A DNA stretch of 64,000 bases from an uncultured Actinomycetota bacterium (GCA_963732355.1 CAVSZD010000011.1:210527-274526); one strand, 5' to 3'; counted from the stretch's first letter, positions 18,518 through 27,937 are shown. The notes: generated from the letters alone by a model not told the origin. Numbers and translations: made by a program.

Positions 18518-18988
18518 CTAACCAGGAGCCTCCTTCAGCGCCGCCTCCAGCAGATCCAGGATGGGCAACTGCCCGGCGACCAGCTTGGTCCGGGCCCGGG
18601 TCAGGTCCCACCATTGCGCTCGGTCGGTCTCCGGGAACTGCTGAACCTGTCCGGACCCGGGCGGCCATTCCAACTCGAAGAGGTTGCTGGACACGAAGTG
18701 CAAGTCAGCCTCGGTTGCCACTGCGTATGTGCGGACCCGCTTCCCGCTGGGCATGCGGATCACCCCCAGGTCCAACCACTGGCCGACGGGAGCGGGCATG
18801 CCCACTTCCTCAGCGAACTCCCGCGCCGCGACCTCCCGTGGATCCTCAACGGCGGGGTCGTACTCGCCCTTGGCCACCGACCACGCCCCGTCCTCCTTGT
18901 GAGCCCAATAGGGCCCGGCCATGTGAACGAGGAAGACCTCCGGTCCTGGACGCCAAGGCAGCAGGCCAGCACTGAACTTCGCACCCAT
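18518..18988 (-). CDS. NUDIX hydrolase
   Basis: Nudix box KGEYDPAVEDPREVAAREFAEEVGM. N-terminus MGAKFSAGLLPWRPG..VFLVHMAGPYWAHKEDGAWS. Confidence 0.8.
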   Translation of the reverse strand: MGAKFSAGLLPWRPGPEVFLVHMAGPYWAHKEDGAWSVAKGEYDPAVEDPREVAAREFAEEVGMPAPVGQWLDLGVIRMPSGKRVRTYAVATEADLHFVSSNLFELEWPPGSGQVQQFPETDRAQWWDLTRARTKLVAGQLPILDLLEAALKEAPG

Positions 18989-19779
18989 TTCAGTCCTCGA
19001 AGAAGGTCGCTGAATACGACCTGGAACGACTCGTCAGCAGGCTGGAATCCCAATCGTGCGTACAGGCGTCTGGCCGCACTGTCCGGCTCAGCCAGGATCA
19101 CCCAGGACTGCACACCACGCAGCCCCGCCCACTGTCCAGCCTCTGCGAGCAGGTGCGAGGCCAGCCCCTGGCGCCGGTGATCGAAAGCCGTAGTGACGCT
19201 TTGGTATCGGGCACGATCTTCAATCACCACAATGCCGAGGTCGGCCACCAACGAACTGTCGTGGAACGCACCGAAGTACGCCGCCTGCCCGGAGTAACTC
19301 AGCCGCGCCCGGGCACGCATCCGGCCCCGCACGTAGCGCTCGAAGTCGGCGTCCACCACACCGCCGGCGCGAACCTGCTCGCGCAGTTCGGCCTGTACGC
19401 AGGCCTCCCAGTCCGCCTCACCATCCAGGATCCTGCTCGTGTAACCGTCGACCAGGGGCATCGACTGCGGTGGCGCTGAACTGGCGAGTACCTCGTCGCG
19501 CTCGATGACGACATCGAGGGTCGCCCAGCCCGGTGCGGGAGCTTGCGCAAGGCCGATGGCCAGGTGGCGGGCATGGGGCAACGACCTGCGGAAGAGGTCG
19601 ACGCAGCGCAAGGGGTCTGATGCGAGGTCACCGTCGGTCACCAAGATGAAGTTGCCCCAATGGAATCCCGGGTTGTCGGGTGTCGTCACAACGATGTGGC
19701 CGCCGTGAAGGGTCACCGCTGAGCCGCTGGCAGCCAGGACATCAAGATCCGTGCGCCAGCCCAAAGAGAGGTCCACCAT
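18760..19779 (-). CDS. GNAT family acetyltransferase (true 3' end probably near 18990; see findings)
   Basis: ORF track. The GNAT core is SVTTAFDHRRQGLASHLL..RRLYARLGF. The last ~75 codons are low-complexity and overlap the NUDIX gene by 229 nt. Confidence 0.65.
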   Translation of the reverse strand: MVDLSLGWRTDLDVLAASGSAVTLHGGHIVVTTPDNPGFHWGNFILVTDGDLASDPLRCVDLFRRSLPHARHLAIGLAQAPAPGWATLDVVIERDEVLASSAPPQSMPLVDGYTSRILDGEADWEACVQAELREQVRAGGVVDADFERYVRGRMRARARLSYSGQAAYFGAFHDSSLVADLGIVVIEDRARYQSVTTAFDHRRQGLASHLLAEAGQWAGLRGVQSWVILAEPDSAARRLYARLGFQPADESFQVVFSDLLRGLKWVRSSVLACCLGVQDRRSSSFTWPGPIGLTRRTGRGRWPRASTTPPLRIHGRSRRGSSLRKWACPLPSASGWTWG

Positions 19780-19801
19780 TCCCCGAGCCTAAGTTGGCGC
19801 C

Positions 19802-20500
19802 ATGAAACGTCTGGGCCTGCTGGGCGGGATGTCGTGGGAATCGTCGATCGAGTACGAACGCTGGATCAACGAGATGGTGCGAGACCGACTGGGAGGTGTC
19901 GCCTCAGCCGACTTGATCATCCGGTCCTTCAACTTCGCCGACATCGAGAAGCTACAGCAGACCCAAGCCTGGGACGAGGCCGGGGAACTTCTGGCCGATG
20001 CCGCCTGGAGCCTCCAGCAAGCGGGAGCCGATGCCTTGATCCTGTGCACCAACACGATGCACACGGTCGCCGACCGAATCGAAGTGGCGGTCGACATCCC
20101 GTTACTGCACATCGCGGACGCAACGACCGCTGCGGTGCACCGCGAGGGTCTGCGACGGGTCGGGGTGCTGGGGACCCGGTACACGATGGAACAGGACTTC
20201 TATGCCGGACGCCTGGCCGCAGGCGGCCTCGACGTGATCGTGCCCGACGAGCCGGACCGCACCAAGATCCACGAGGTCATCTACCAGCAGTTGGTTCGCG
20301 GCATCATCGACCCCGTGTCGAAGAAGGCGTACCTGGGCGCGATCGACCGATTGGTCGAACGGGGCGCGCAAGGGATCATCGCGGCGTGCACTGAGATCGA
20401 ACTGCTCGTTGGCCCCGAAGACCTCCCGGTACCCTTCTTCCCCACAGCCAAGCTGCACGCACAGGCCGCCGCGCAATTCGCGCTAAGCCCTGACGAGTAG
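19802..20500 (+). CDS. Aspartate/glutamate racemase family protein
   Basis: MKRLGLLGGMSWESS.., LILCTNTMH and IIAACTEIELL (the two catalytic Cys regions). Confidence 0.85.
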   Translation: MKRLGLLGGMSWESSIEYERWINEMVRDRLGGVASADLIIRSFNFADIEKLQQTQAWDEAGELLADAAWSLQQAGADALILCTNTMHTVADRIEVAVDIPLLHIADATTAAVHREGLRRVGVLGTRYTMEQDFYAGRLAAGGLDVIVPDEPDRTKIHEVIYQQLVRGIIDPVSKKAYLGAIDRLVERGAQGIIAACTEIELLVGPEDLPVPFFPTAKLHAQAAAQFALSPDE

Positions 20501-21709
20501 TTGCGCGTCGACCGCATCGGCAGCAGCCGAGGCCCCGCCCGCCTTGCGATACCCCCGCGCTACCGCCGCGGCTCCGGGCTGACACGCGCGGGCACTGTCG
20601 AAAGCAGCACGAATCCGCTGAGGGCTAAGACGTCGGGCCGGCAGCCGGACTCCCGCGCCGGCAACCTCCACACGCCGGGCGACCTCGGCCTGATCCCTGC
20701 CGAAGGGAACAGCCACAACCGGCACCCCGCGGGCCAACGCTTTCTGTGTCGCTCCCATCCCGGCGTGCGTGATGGCACACACCGCCCGGTCGAGCAGCAG
20801 ACCATGTGGCGCGAAGGGCACGACGTGAGCATTGCGCGGGACGTCGAAGGCTGAAGGGTCCCCGGAGGGCACGGTCGCAACGACATGCACCGGGCGTCCG
20901 GCGAACGCCTTGAGCGCGGCCGTCACCAGCTTGCCGTCGTCCTGAAACTCCGAGGACGTCGTCACCAGCACGATCGGCTCCTGTATCGCGTCAAGCCAAT
21001 CGGGTGTCGGGGCGGGTGGCTCCCATTCGCAGGGGCCGACCATGACCACGTTGTCGGGCCAATCCCGTGGGTACTCGAAGGGCTCAGAGGTGAGGTACAG
21101 CAGCAGAGGAGGGCGACGGAACTGGTCATCGAGGTGGGCCAGATGTGCCAGGCCGATCTGAGCACGGACCTCGTTGATACCCGGCAGCATCTTGCGCTCC
21201 AAGGTGCCGTTCACAAGCGGGCGCAGCGCGACGTCGCGCAGTCGGCCTGCAAAGTTGTGAGCCGGCGTTAGCCCTGGGCCGTAAGGGGGCACGTCGGGCG
21301 ATCGAAGGGCCAAGGGATACGGGCAGAAGGCCGACCATCTGCCACCCCACTGCTCCGCAGCAGCCAGCGCACCCCACGAGTTGATGTCCACGATCACGGC
21401 GTCCGCGCTCACCTGGGCGATCGCGTGTTGGAGGTCCGGTGCGTCGTAGCGGGCCCTTGCGACGAAGGTGCTGACCGCAGCCATGAGCGCCTTCTGTGGT
21501 GTGCGCTGGTTCCAGTCGACCAGTTCGATCGCCTCGACCTCGGGTGAGACGGGCTGCGCGTCAAGGCCGAGCTCGCGCAGCGCAGCAACCTGCGAGGCCA
21601 GAGTGCGCACGTGGACTTCGTGACCCCTCTCTCGCAACTGGAGAAGGATGGCCATCAGCGGATACAGATGGCCCTTCGCGGGCGACGTGTAAGCCAGGAT
21701 TCGTGCCAT
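20483..21709 (-). CDS. GT1-family (MGT/UDP-glycosyltransferase-like) glycosyltransferase
   Basis: MARILAYTSPAKGHLYPLMAILLQLRERGHEV.. and the C-terminal donor-binding region HAGMGATQKALARGVPVVAVPFGRDQ. The start overlaps the TetR stop by 1 nt. Confidence 0.8.
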   Translation of the reverse strand: MARILAYTSPAKGHLYPLMAILLQLRERGHEVHVRTLASQVAALRELGLDAQPVSPEVEAIELVDWNQRTPQKALMAAVSTFVARARYDAPDLQHAIAQVSADAVIVDINSWGALAAAEQWGGRWSAFCPYPLALRSPDVPPYGPGLTPAHNFAGRLRDVALRPLVNGTLERKMLPGINEVRAQIGLAHLAHLDDQFRRPPLLLYLTSEPFEYPRDWPDNVVMVGPCEWEPPAPTPDWLDAIQEPIVLVTTSSEFQDDGKLVTAALKAFAGRPVHVVATVPSGDPSAFDVPRNAHVVPFAPHGLLLDRAVCAITHAGMGATQKALARGVPVVAVPFGRDQAEVARRVEVAGAGVRLPARRLSPQRIRAAFDSARACQPGAAAVARGYRKAGGASAAADAVDAQLLVRA

Positions 21710-22305
21710 CAGGACTCCTCAGTGATTGCGGTGAGCATTTCAACGAGTGCGACTTGGGTCTGTGGCCGCGACAGGCGCGAGTCGATCCGCAGCAGTTTCC
21801 AGGTGTAGACATCACACATCGCGACGTACTGGGCCAGACGCAGGCGGCGGGCCTGAACATCCAGGCCTTCGAGGAAGGGCGCGAACACGCGCTCACACCA
21901 GGCCCAGTGGACTTCACGTCCCTGTTCCACAATGGGGGTCAGCGCCGCCATTGAAGACTCCGCCGCCAGAAGTCCCAGGACCCTGCGGCCGTACTGCTCG
22001 TAGTGGTCCATGAGCACGGAAACCGCACCCGTGATGTCGCCGGCGACCGCTTGATCGCGCTGGTTGCCGACCTGATCGGAAGCCCATTGGCTGGAAGCGG
22101 CAAAGAGTTGTTCCTTCGTGCCGAACCGGCGGATGACGGTGCGGACCGAGACCGCCGAACGCTCAGCCACCTCCTCGAGGCTGATGTCGGTGGAGAGCCT
22201 CTCCCAGAACAGTTCGGTCGCGGCCTCGAGGATCCGCTCGCCGGTGCGCTCGGCAGCTTCGGCCCTCGCCGTCATCCGGTAGGGACGGACCGTCGCGCTT
22301 TTCAT
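21709..22305 (-). CDS. TetR family transcriptional regulator
   Basis: HTH region ISLEEVAERSAVSVRTVIRRFGTKEQL. Translationally coupled to the downstream glycosyltransferase. Confidence 0.8.
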   Translation of the reverse strand: MKSATVRPYRMTARAEAAERTGERILEAATELFWERLSTDISLEEVAERSAVSVRTVIRRFGTKEQLFAASSQWASDQVGNQRDQAVAGDITGAVSVLMDHYEQYGRRVLGLLAAESSMAALTPIVEQGREVHWAWCERVFAPFLEGLDVQARRLRLAQYVAMCDVYTWKLLRIDSRLSRPQTQVALVEMLTAITEES

Positions 22306-22325
22306 GTCAATTACAGTGACATGAA
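22301..22325. promoter_or_regulatory. Candidate TetR operator palindrome
   Basis: TTCATGTCA-attacag-TGACATGAA, a perfect 9-bp inverted repeat with a 7-nt spacer. It overlaps the TetR start codon (22305). Confidence 0.35.
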
Positions 22326-22365
22326 ATTTGGGCCGGTGTCATCCTCCGTTCGGAGGAGTCCTGCT

Positions 22366-22971
22366 TCAGCCCCCGCCCTCGAGGCGCAACGTGATCAGCA
22401 GGTCGTCAACCATCGCGCCGGTCGCCTCCAGGAGCTCCTCGGCAGTGCTGCGGCCGAGCAGGTCGACATGATCCAGCGGGCCAAGCGGCGCGACACCGGC
22501 CAGTTGCCAACAACGACCGATCGGATCCTCCGAGAGCTCCTCCAGCGCGCCTCCCACCAGTGTCAGCGCCGCGCGCACTTTCTCCTCCACGCTGATCCGT
22601 AGTGGCAGCCACGCATCGTCCCATTCCAAGGTGGGCAGTAGTTCCAGATCGGCCCGGGGGTAGGGCTGCTCCCCCAACCACTCCCGCACGCGGAACCGCT
22701 GGCCGCCCACAGCGATCAGACTCATGAACCCCTCGTGTGCCTCCACCTGCAGAACCCGCGCGAGTGCCCCCACTTCGAACCGATGGTCTCCGCCGCCCAC
22801 CTCGTGACCGCGCTCGATGAGCACAACACCGAATTCCGGAGAGTCCTCCTCCAACAGATCGCCGAGCATGCGCAGGTAGCGCGGCTCGAACAGCCGCAGG
22901 GCCAAGGGCATATGGGGGAACAAGACCGATCCCAGGGGAAACATCGGGCAACTGTTCACACCCCCAGACAA
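22366..22971 (-). CDS. LON substrate-binding (LON N-terminal) domain protein
   Basis: MFPLGSVLFPHMPLALRLFEPRYLRML..FGVVLI is typical of the LON_substr_bdg domain. No ATPase or protease domain is present. Confidence 0.75.
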   Translation of the reverse strand: MSGGVNSCPMFPLGSVLFPHMPLALRLFEPRYLRMLGDLLEEDSPEFGVVLIERGHEVGGGDHRFEVGALARVLQVEAHEGFMSLIAVGGQRFRVREWLGEQPYPRADLELLPTLEWDDAWLPLRISVEEKVRAALTLVGGALEELSEDPIGRCWQLAGVAPLGPLDHVDLLGRSTAEELLEATGAMVDDLLITLRLEGGG

Positions 22972-23122
22972 GCACCCGGTGCGATTGCCAGCAACAGGGC
23001 CGTTGGCCCGCCGCCCCGTCGCTGTGCGTAGGCGGATCGGCCGCGTTGGCGCCCCGGGATCGGCCAGCGAGAGTCACACCGGTACTGCGGGTAATTTCAG
23101 CAGAAACGAGGGGAGGTCATTC

Positions 23123-25162
23123 TTGGCAACCGATACCCGCACACGCCCATCCTTATGGAGGCCAAGCCTGTTCTCCCTGACCTGGCAGGGCTGTACGTGG
23201 CTGGGCTGGGCCGTTGTGCTCGTGTGTTTGTCGCAGTTGAACCCTGCGGCCCTGAAGGCCATGGGAATGCCGCTGCTCATGATCGCGGCGGTCATCGTCC
23301 TGAGCGAGTTGCGCCCGATTGTGATGACCCGCTTGGTCGGCAACCCAGTGTCGATCTCACTGGCGTTCGTGTTCGCTGCTATGTACCTGTGGGGGCTCTA
23401 TCCGGCAGTCGCTCTGCACGCGGGCGCGGTCTTGCTGTCCGAACTGCTGCAGCGCAAGCCGCTCTGGAAGATTCTTTTCAACGTGGGGCAAGACGTGTGC
23501 AGCCTCACCGCCGCGTGGTTGGTCATGGTTGCCGCAGGCGTGACCCCCTCACCCCTCGCCGAAAACTCAAGCCTGTCCGGGACCGATCTCTGGTGGATCG
23601 GGTCGTCCTGGATCGTCTACCACTTGGTCAACCTGGCACTGGTCTCCGGACTTGCCCAGTACTACGACCAGACCTGGTGGGAGGCATTCTCCGATGAGTT
23701 CTGGTTTTACACCGTCTCAGTGCTGGCTGTGCTGGCCCTGTCCCCCCTGATCGCGATCGTGGCGGTTGCACACGCCTACTCGTGGACCCTGCTGCCCTTG
23801 CTGCTGCTGCCACTGCTTGCCGTGCAGAAGGCCGCCCAGATGTCGCGTGAACAGGAGTACCAGGCCCTGCACGACCCACTGACCGGCTTACCCAACCGGC
23901 TACTGCTCAGCGACCGCATCGAGCAAGCCCTTGCCCGATCGGACCGGGCAGGCGGCGGCGTCGTGGTCATGTTCTTGGACCTAGATCTCTTCAAAGTGGT
24001 CAATGACAGCCTCGGACATCATGCAGGCGATGCTCTGCTCGTCGAGGTAGCCACCCGACTACAGGCGGCGGTGCGATCGGGCGACACTCTGGCGCGGTTC
24101 GGTGGAGACGAATTTGTCGTCGTTTGTGAAGGCGTGGATGGCGACGAGGTCGGCGCGCTCACCTCCCGGATCACGAACGCACTTCATCACCCCTTCACCT
24201 CGCACCAGCGGCACGTGACGGTCACCGCGAGCATCGGAGTGGCTCTCGCGGACGACCTGTCTGAGCCACACACGTTGCTGCGCGACGCCGACGCCGCCAT
24301 GTACAGAGCCAAAGCGCGTGGCCGCAATCAGGTCGTGCTGTTTCACGAGGACATGCACAAGGAAGCTGACGACAGACTGCAGGATGCGGTGGGTCTGCGC
24401 CGAGCACTGGATGACCAAGAGTTCCGAGTCGTCTACCAACCGATCGTGGACGTGACCACCGGTGGGCCGGTGGGCATGGAGGCGCTCATCCGGTGGGACG
24501 ATCCGCACCGGGGACAGCAGGAACCGGGCATGTTCATCGCCGCTGCCGAAGAGACCGGCCTCATCGTGCCCATGGGTTATTGGGTGCTGGACACCGCCCT
24601 GGCACAGATGCAGGCCTGGCGCCAGGAACTGCCCGAGGCGCGCGATCTGTATGTGGCGGTGAACATCTCCGCTCGGCAGCTGCTGGCCCGCGGCCTGGTG
24701 GAACGGGTCAAGCATTCACTGGAGAGCACCGGGATCCCTGCCTCAGCTGTCCAGCTTGAGATCACCGAATCGGCGGTCATGAACGACCTCGAACCGATCG
24801 TCGACACCCTCACGGCGTTGCGGGCGCTGGGACTGAGCCTGGCCGTGGATGATTTCGGCACCGGCTACTCGTCGCTGTCCTATCTCAAACGACTGCCGGT
24901 GACGACGGTCAAGATCGACCGGTCTTTCGTCAGCGAACTCGCAGGCCGCGACGGCGCTTCGGATCGCCCGATCGTCGATGCGATCCTCAAACTCGCCGAG
25001 GCCTTGCGCCTGGACGTCATCGCGGAAGGGGTCGAGGACGAACGCCAACTCCGTGAGTTGACCAAGCTCGGGGGCCGCGTGGCACAGGGGTTCTACTGGG
25101 CCAGGCCCATGCCCCCGTCAGAGATCCGCGACTGGATCGGGGCACACCAGCCCGTCCAGTGA
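23123..25162 (+). CDS. Membrane-anchored GGDEF-EAL protein (diguanylate cyclase/phosphodiesterase)
   Basis: ORF 22979..25162. TTG 23123 has GGGGAGG 7 nt upstream. The N-terminal ~270 aa are polytopic. Motifs RFGGDEFVVVC, EALIRW and DDFGTGYSSL. Confidence 0.85.
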   Translation: MATDTRTRPSLWRPSLFSLTWQGCTWLGWAVVLVCLSQLNPAALKAMGMPLLMIAAVIVLSELRPIVMTRLVGNPVSISLAFVFAAMYLWGLYPAVALHAGAVLLSELLQRKPLWKILFNVGQDVCSLTAAWLVMVAAGVTPSPLAENSSLSGTDLWWIGSSWIVYHLVNLALVSGLAQYYDQTWWEAFSDEFWFYTVSVLAVLALSPLIAIVAVAHAYSWTLLPLLLLPLLAVQKAAQMSREQEYQALHDPLTGLPNRLLLSDRIEQALARSDRAGGGVVVMFLDLDLFKVVNDSLGHHAGDALLVEVATRLQAAVRSGDTLARFGGDEFVVVCEGVDGDEVGALTSRITNALHHPFTSHQRHVTVTASIGVALADDLSEPHTLLRDADAAMYRAKARGRNQVVLFHEDMHKEADDRLQDAVGLRRALDDQEFRVVYQPIVDVTTGGPVGMEALIRWDDPHRGQQEPGMFIAAAEETGLIVPMGYWVLDTALAQMQAWRQELPEARDLYVAVNISARQLLARGLVERVKHSLESTGIPASAVQLEITESAVMNDLEPIVDTLTALRALGLSLAVDDFGTGYSSLSYLKRLPVTTVKIDRSFVSELAGRDGASDRPIVDAILKLAEALRLDVIAEGVEDERQLRELTKLGGRVAQGFYWARPMPPSEIRDWIGAHQPVQ

Positions 25163-25168
25163 TTCGGC

Positions 25169-26691
25169 TCACCAGGTGTCGATCACCCGGCCGCTGGGCC
25201 GTGTTGGCGCCACCGCCAGCAGCGACGAGATCACTGCTCGGGTTTGGGCCGGGTCGATCACGTCGTCGATCTCAAAAACCCGCGCGACGTTGAACCCGGT
25301 GACGTGCTCACGGTAGGCCTGTGTCGCCTCGGCGAGGCGCTGCGAGCGCTCCTGCGGATCGGCGATGGCATCCAGTTGCTTGCCCATGGCCAGTCGCACA
25401 GCCCCTTCCAAGCCCATCGGCCCCATGTGCGCCGAGGGCCAGGCGAGCGTCATCAAGGGCTCCTTGGTGCTGCCGCCCAACATGGCCTGAGCGCCCAAAC
25501 CGTAGCCACGCCTGAGCACGACCCCGACCAAGGGGACCGACATACGGGCCGTGGCCACCAGCAGGCGCGAAGCATGGCGCAGGATCGCGGTCCTCTCCGC
25601 CTCGGGCCCGGCCATGATGCCCGGGGTGTCGACCAACGACACCAGCGGGATGCCGAACGCATCGCACAGTTGCACGAAACGTGCTGCCTTGTCTGCGGCA
25701 TCCGCGGTGATCGCCCCGGCCATGTGCAGCGTCTGATTCGCCAGGAATCCCACCGGCCGCCCGTCGAGACGACCGAGGGCAGTCACCATCTCGGGTGCGT
25801 ACCCCTCACGTAGGTGCACGACTGAATCGAAGTCAGCCAGGGTCTCGATGACGGGTCGCACGTCGTAGGCACTGCGCTCGCGTTCAGGCAGGATCGCACG
25901 CAGATCCGCCTGGTCGGGCGCGCCACCGGCAGCAGCCGGACCAGCGAACAGCCCCAGCAGTTTCTTGACCGTGCGGACGGCCTGAGCCTCATCGTCCACG
26001 AGAATGTCGATGACCCCGTTGCCGGCCATCACATCCGCAGGCCCGATCTCCTCCGCCCGGTACTCCCCCAGCCCCGCCCCGGCGATCATGGCCGGGCCCG
26101 CGACGCCCATCGTCGAATCACGGGTTGCCACAAGGATGTCCGAGCTCCCCGCGATCACGGCGTTGCCGGCGAAGCAGCGGCCCGCCACCACCGCGATTCG
26201 GGGCACCACCCCGGACAACCCGGCCCAGAGGGTGAACGTGCGCACGTCCAAGGCGGACACGACCGGGTAGTCGGTATCCGTGGGCCGACCGCCGCCACCC
26301 TCGGCGAAGACGACGGCGGGCAAGTTTCAGGCTCTGCACCAGCCCGAGTAGCCGGTCGGACTTGTGATGACCCCGGATGCCCTGGGTGCCGGCCATGACC
26401 AGGTAGTCGTAGGAGAGCACTGCGCAACCCCGACCATCTACCTTGGCCGATCCCCGCGATCAAACCGTCGGCAGGGCTCTTGGCCATCAGCTCCTGCGGG
26501 CTTAGCCGTTGCTCCTGCGCCGCAGTGGCCAGGCCCCCGTACTCCACCCAGGATCCCGGATCCAGCAGGTCGTCGAGGTTCTCCCGGGCGGTTCGGCCAC
26601 CACCGGCATGACGAGCCGCCACCTTCTCCGGACGGGCTCCATCCTGGGTCCAGGCGCGGCGCTGCTGCAATTCCTCCTGAGGATCGGTCAT
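25169..26691 (-). pseudogene. Acyl-CoA carboxylase carboxyltransferase (beta) subunit, frame broken twice (~26441-26448 and ~26318-26327)
   Basis: Three frames hold consecutive parts: MTDPQEELQQRR..ADGLIAGIG (ORF 26155..26769), VDGRGCAVLSYDYLVMAGTQGIRGHHKSDRLLGLVQSLKL (ORF 26118..26420), and PAVVFAEGGGGRP.. (ORF 25169..26323). Deleting one C from GGCCAAGG and one T from AAACTTGCCC restores a single ORF. Confidence 0.8.
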
Positions 26692-26707
26692 GGCTGCCAA
26701 CCGTAGT

Positions 26708-27922
26708 TCAGCGCACAGCCTGGCGCGCCACGAAGTCAGACATCCCAGGGACCGTGAACGCGACCTCACCCCGATCGGGGGTGTAGACCAACCCCTTGCT
26801 GATCAGCTGGTTGCGGGCCGGGGACAACTGCGACACCTTCGCCCGGCCCATGGCAACAGCCAATTCGGACATGCCAACCGGACCATCCGTAGCCAGGTCG
26901 GCCATGGCCTGCATGAACCGCTGCTCAGCGCGGGTCGCCCGTTGCCACCGCGTGGCGTACAGGCCGACATCGAGCTCCTGTCTGGCACGGTGCGCCGCCA
27001 TTTCGGCGTCGGACAGCGCAATCCGGGAACCTGCCGCAACATCCCAGGCATGAGCCGCGAACACCTGCACGAAGTAGGGATACCCGCGGCTGAACTCCAC
27101 AGCCTCGGCCATCGCCGCACCGTCCCAGGCCACCCCCAAAGCGGCGGCTGGTCGCTCCAGCGCCAACCGGATCGCCGGCTCGTCCAGGCGGTCGATATGC
27201 CGGTAGTCGAATAGCCGTTCGGCGTACGAGGTGGCCTCGGCCACGATCCGGCGCAGGGAGGGAAGTCCAGCGCCCACGAACAGGAAAGGCCGAGGCTCGA
27301 CGCCCTGCCCGAGGCGGTGCACGGTCGTGTTCAGGGCCCGCAGGACCTGGTCATCGGCCTCCTGCATCTCGTCGATGGTCAGTAGAACGCCCGTGCCGTG
27401 GTGGCCTGCCAACGTGGCAAGCTCGGTAAGCATCTCCGGCATGTCACGCTCGAGATCCCCACTGTCGGCATACCCACGGGCAGGCTCGATGTCCAGACCG
27501 AAGGAGTAGGAACCCGTTCCAGGGTCGGCCTTGATGCTGAAGGCTTTGAACACACGTCGCGCCCAGGAAAGGGCCTCTGCCGACCAGGCCCCGCCCGCCT
27601 CCCGCAGGCTGTTGAAGATGGCCCGGGTAAGAGCGGGCACCAGTGACTCACCGGCTTGGGCCTCGACATCGATGGTGATCCACCGCCGTTCACCCGCTGT
27701 TCGGCTGAACTCGTTTAGCAACACGGTCTTGCCCACACCACGCAAGCCGTAGAGGACCATGCTGCGCGCCGGCAATCGGATCTGCGACCGCTGGATGGCG
27801 ACGTCGAAAGCCGCCAGCAAGACTTCGCGCCCGACCAGTTCGTAGGGTCGCGTGCCCGCGCCGGGAGCATACGGATTTGTGATGGGGTCCACGACCGGCA
27901 GTGTATGAACAGCCTGTGACAA
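26708..27922 (-). CDS. Orphan AAA/ORC-Cdc6-like ATPase with C-terminal winged-helix domain
   Basis: Walker A is GLRGVGKT and Walker B is LLTIDEMQ. The C-terminal region MSELAVAMGRAKVSQLSPARNQLISKGLVY is wHTH-like. Confidence 0.65.
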   Translation of the reverse strand: MSQAVHTLPVVDPITNPYAPGAGTRPYELVGREVLLAAFDVAIQRSQIRLPARSMVLYGLRGVGKTVLLNEFSRTAGERRWITIDVEAQAGESLVPALTRAIFNSLREAGGAWSAEALSWARRVFKAFSIKADPGTGSYSFGLDIEPARGYADSGDLERDMPEMLTELATLAGHHGTGVLLTIDEMQEADDQVLRALNTTVHRLGQGVEPRPFLFVGAGLPSLRRIVAEATSYAERLFDYRHIDRLDEPAIRLALERPAAALGVAWDGAAMAEAVEFSRGYPYFVQVFAAHAWDVAAGSRIALSDAEMAAHRARQELDVGLYATRWQRATRAEQRFMQAMADLATDGPVGMSELAVAMGRAKVSQLSPARNQLISKGLVYTPDRGEVAFTVPGMSDFVARQAVR

Positions 27923-27937
27923 ATCCGCACGTAACGC

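Noticed and set aside
19780-19801. 22-nt divergent spacer between the GNAT (19779) and racemase (19802) starts, considered as a regulatory oddity
   Set aside because: Short divergent spacers implying leaderless mRNAs are common in actinobacteria. I found no repeat or palindrome here. It is noted only as context for the similar 26-nt spacer at 53109-53134.
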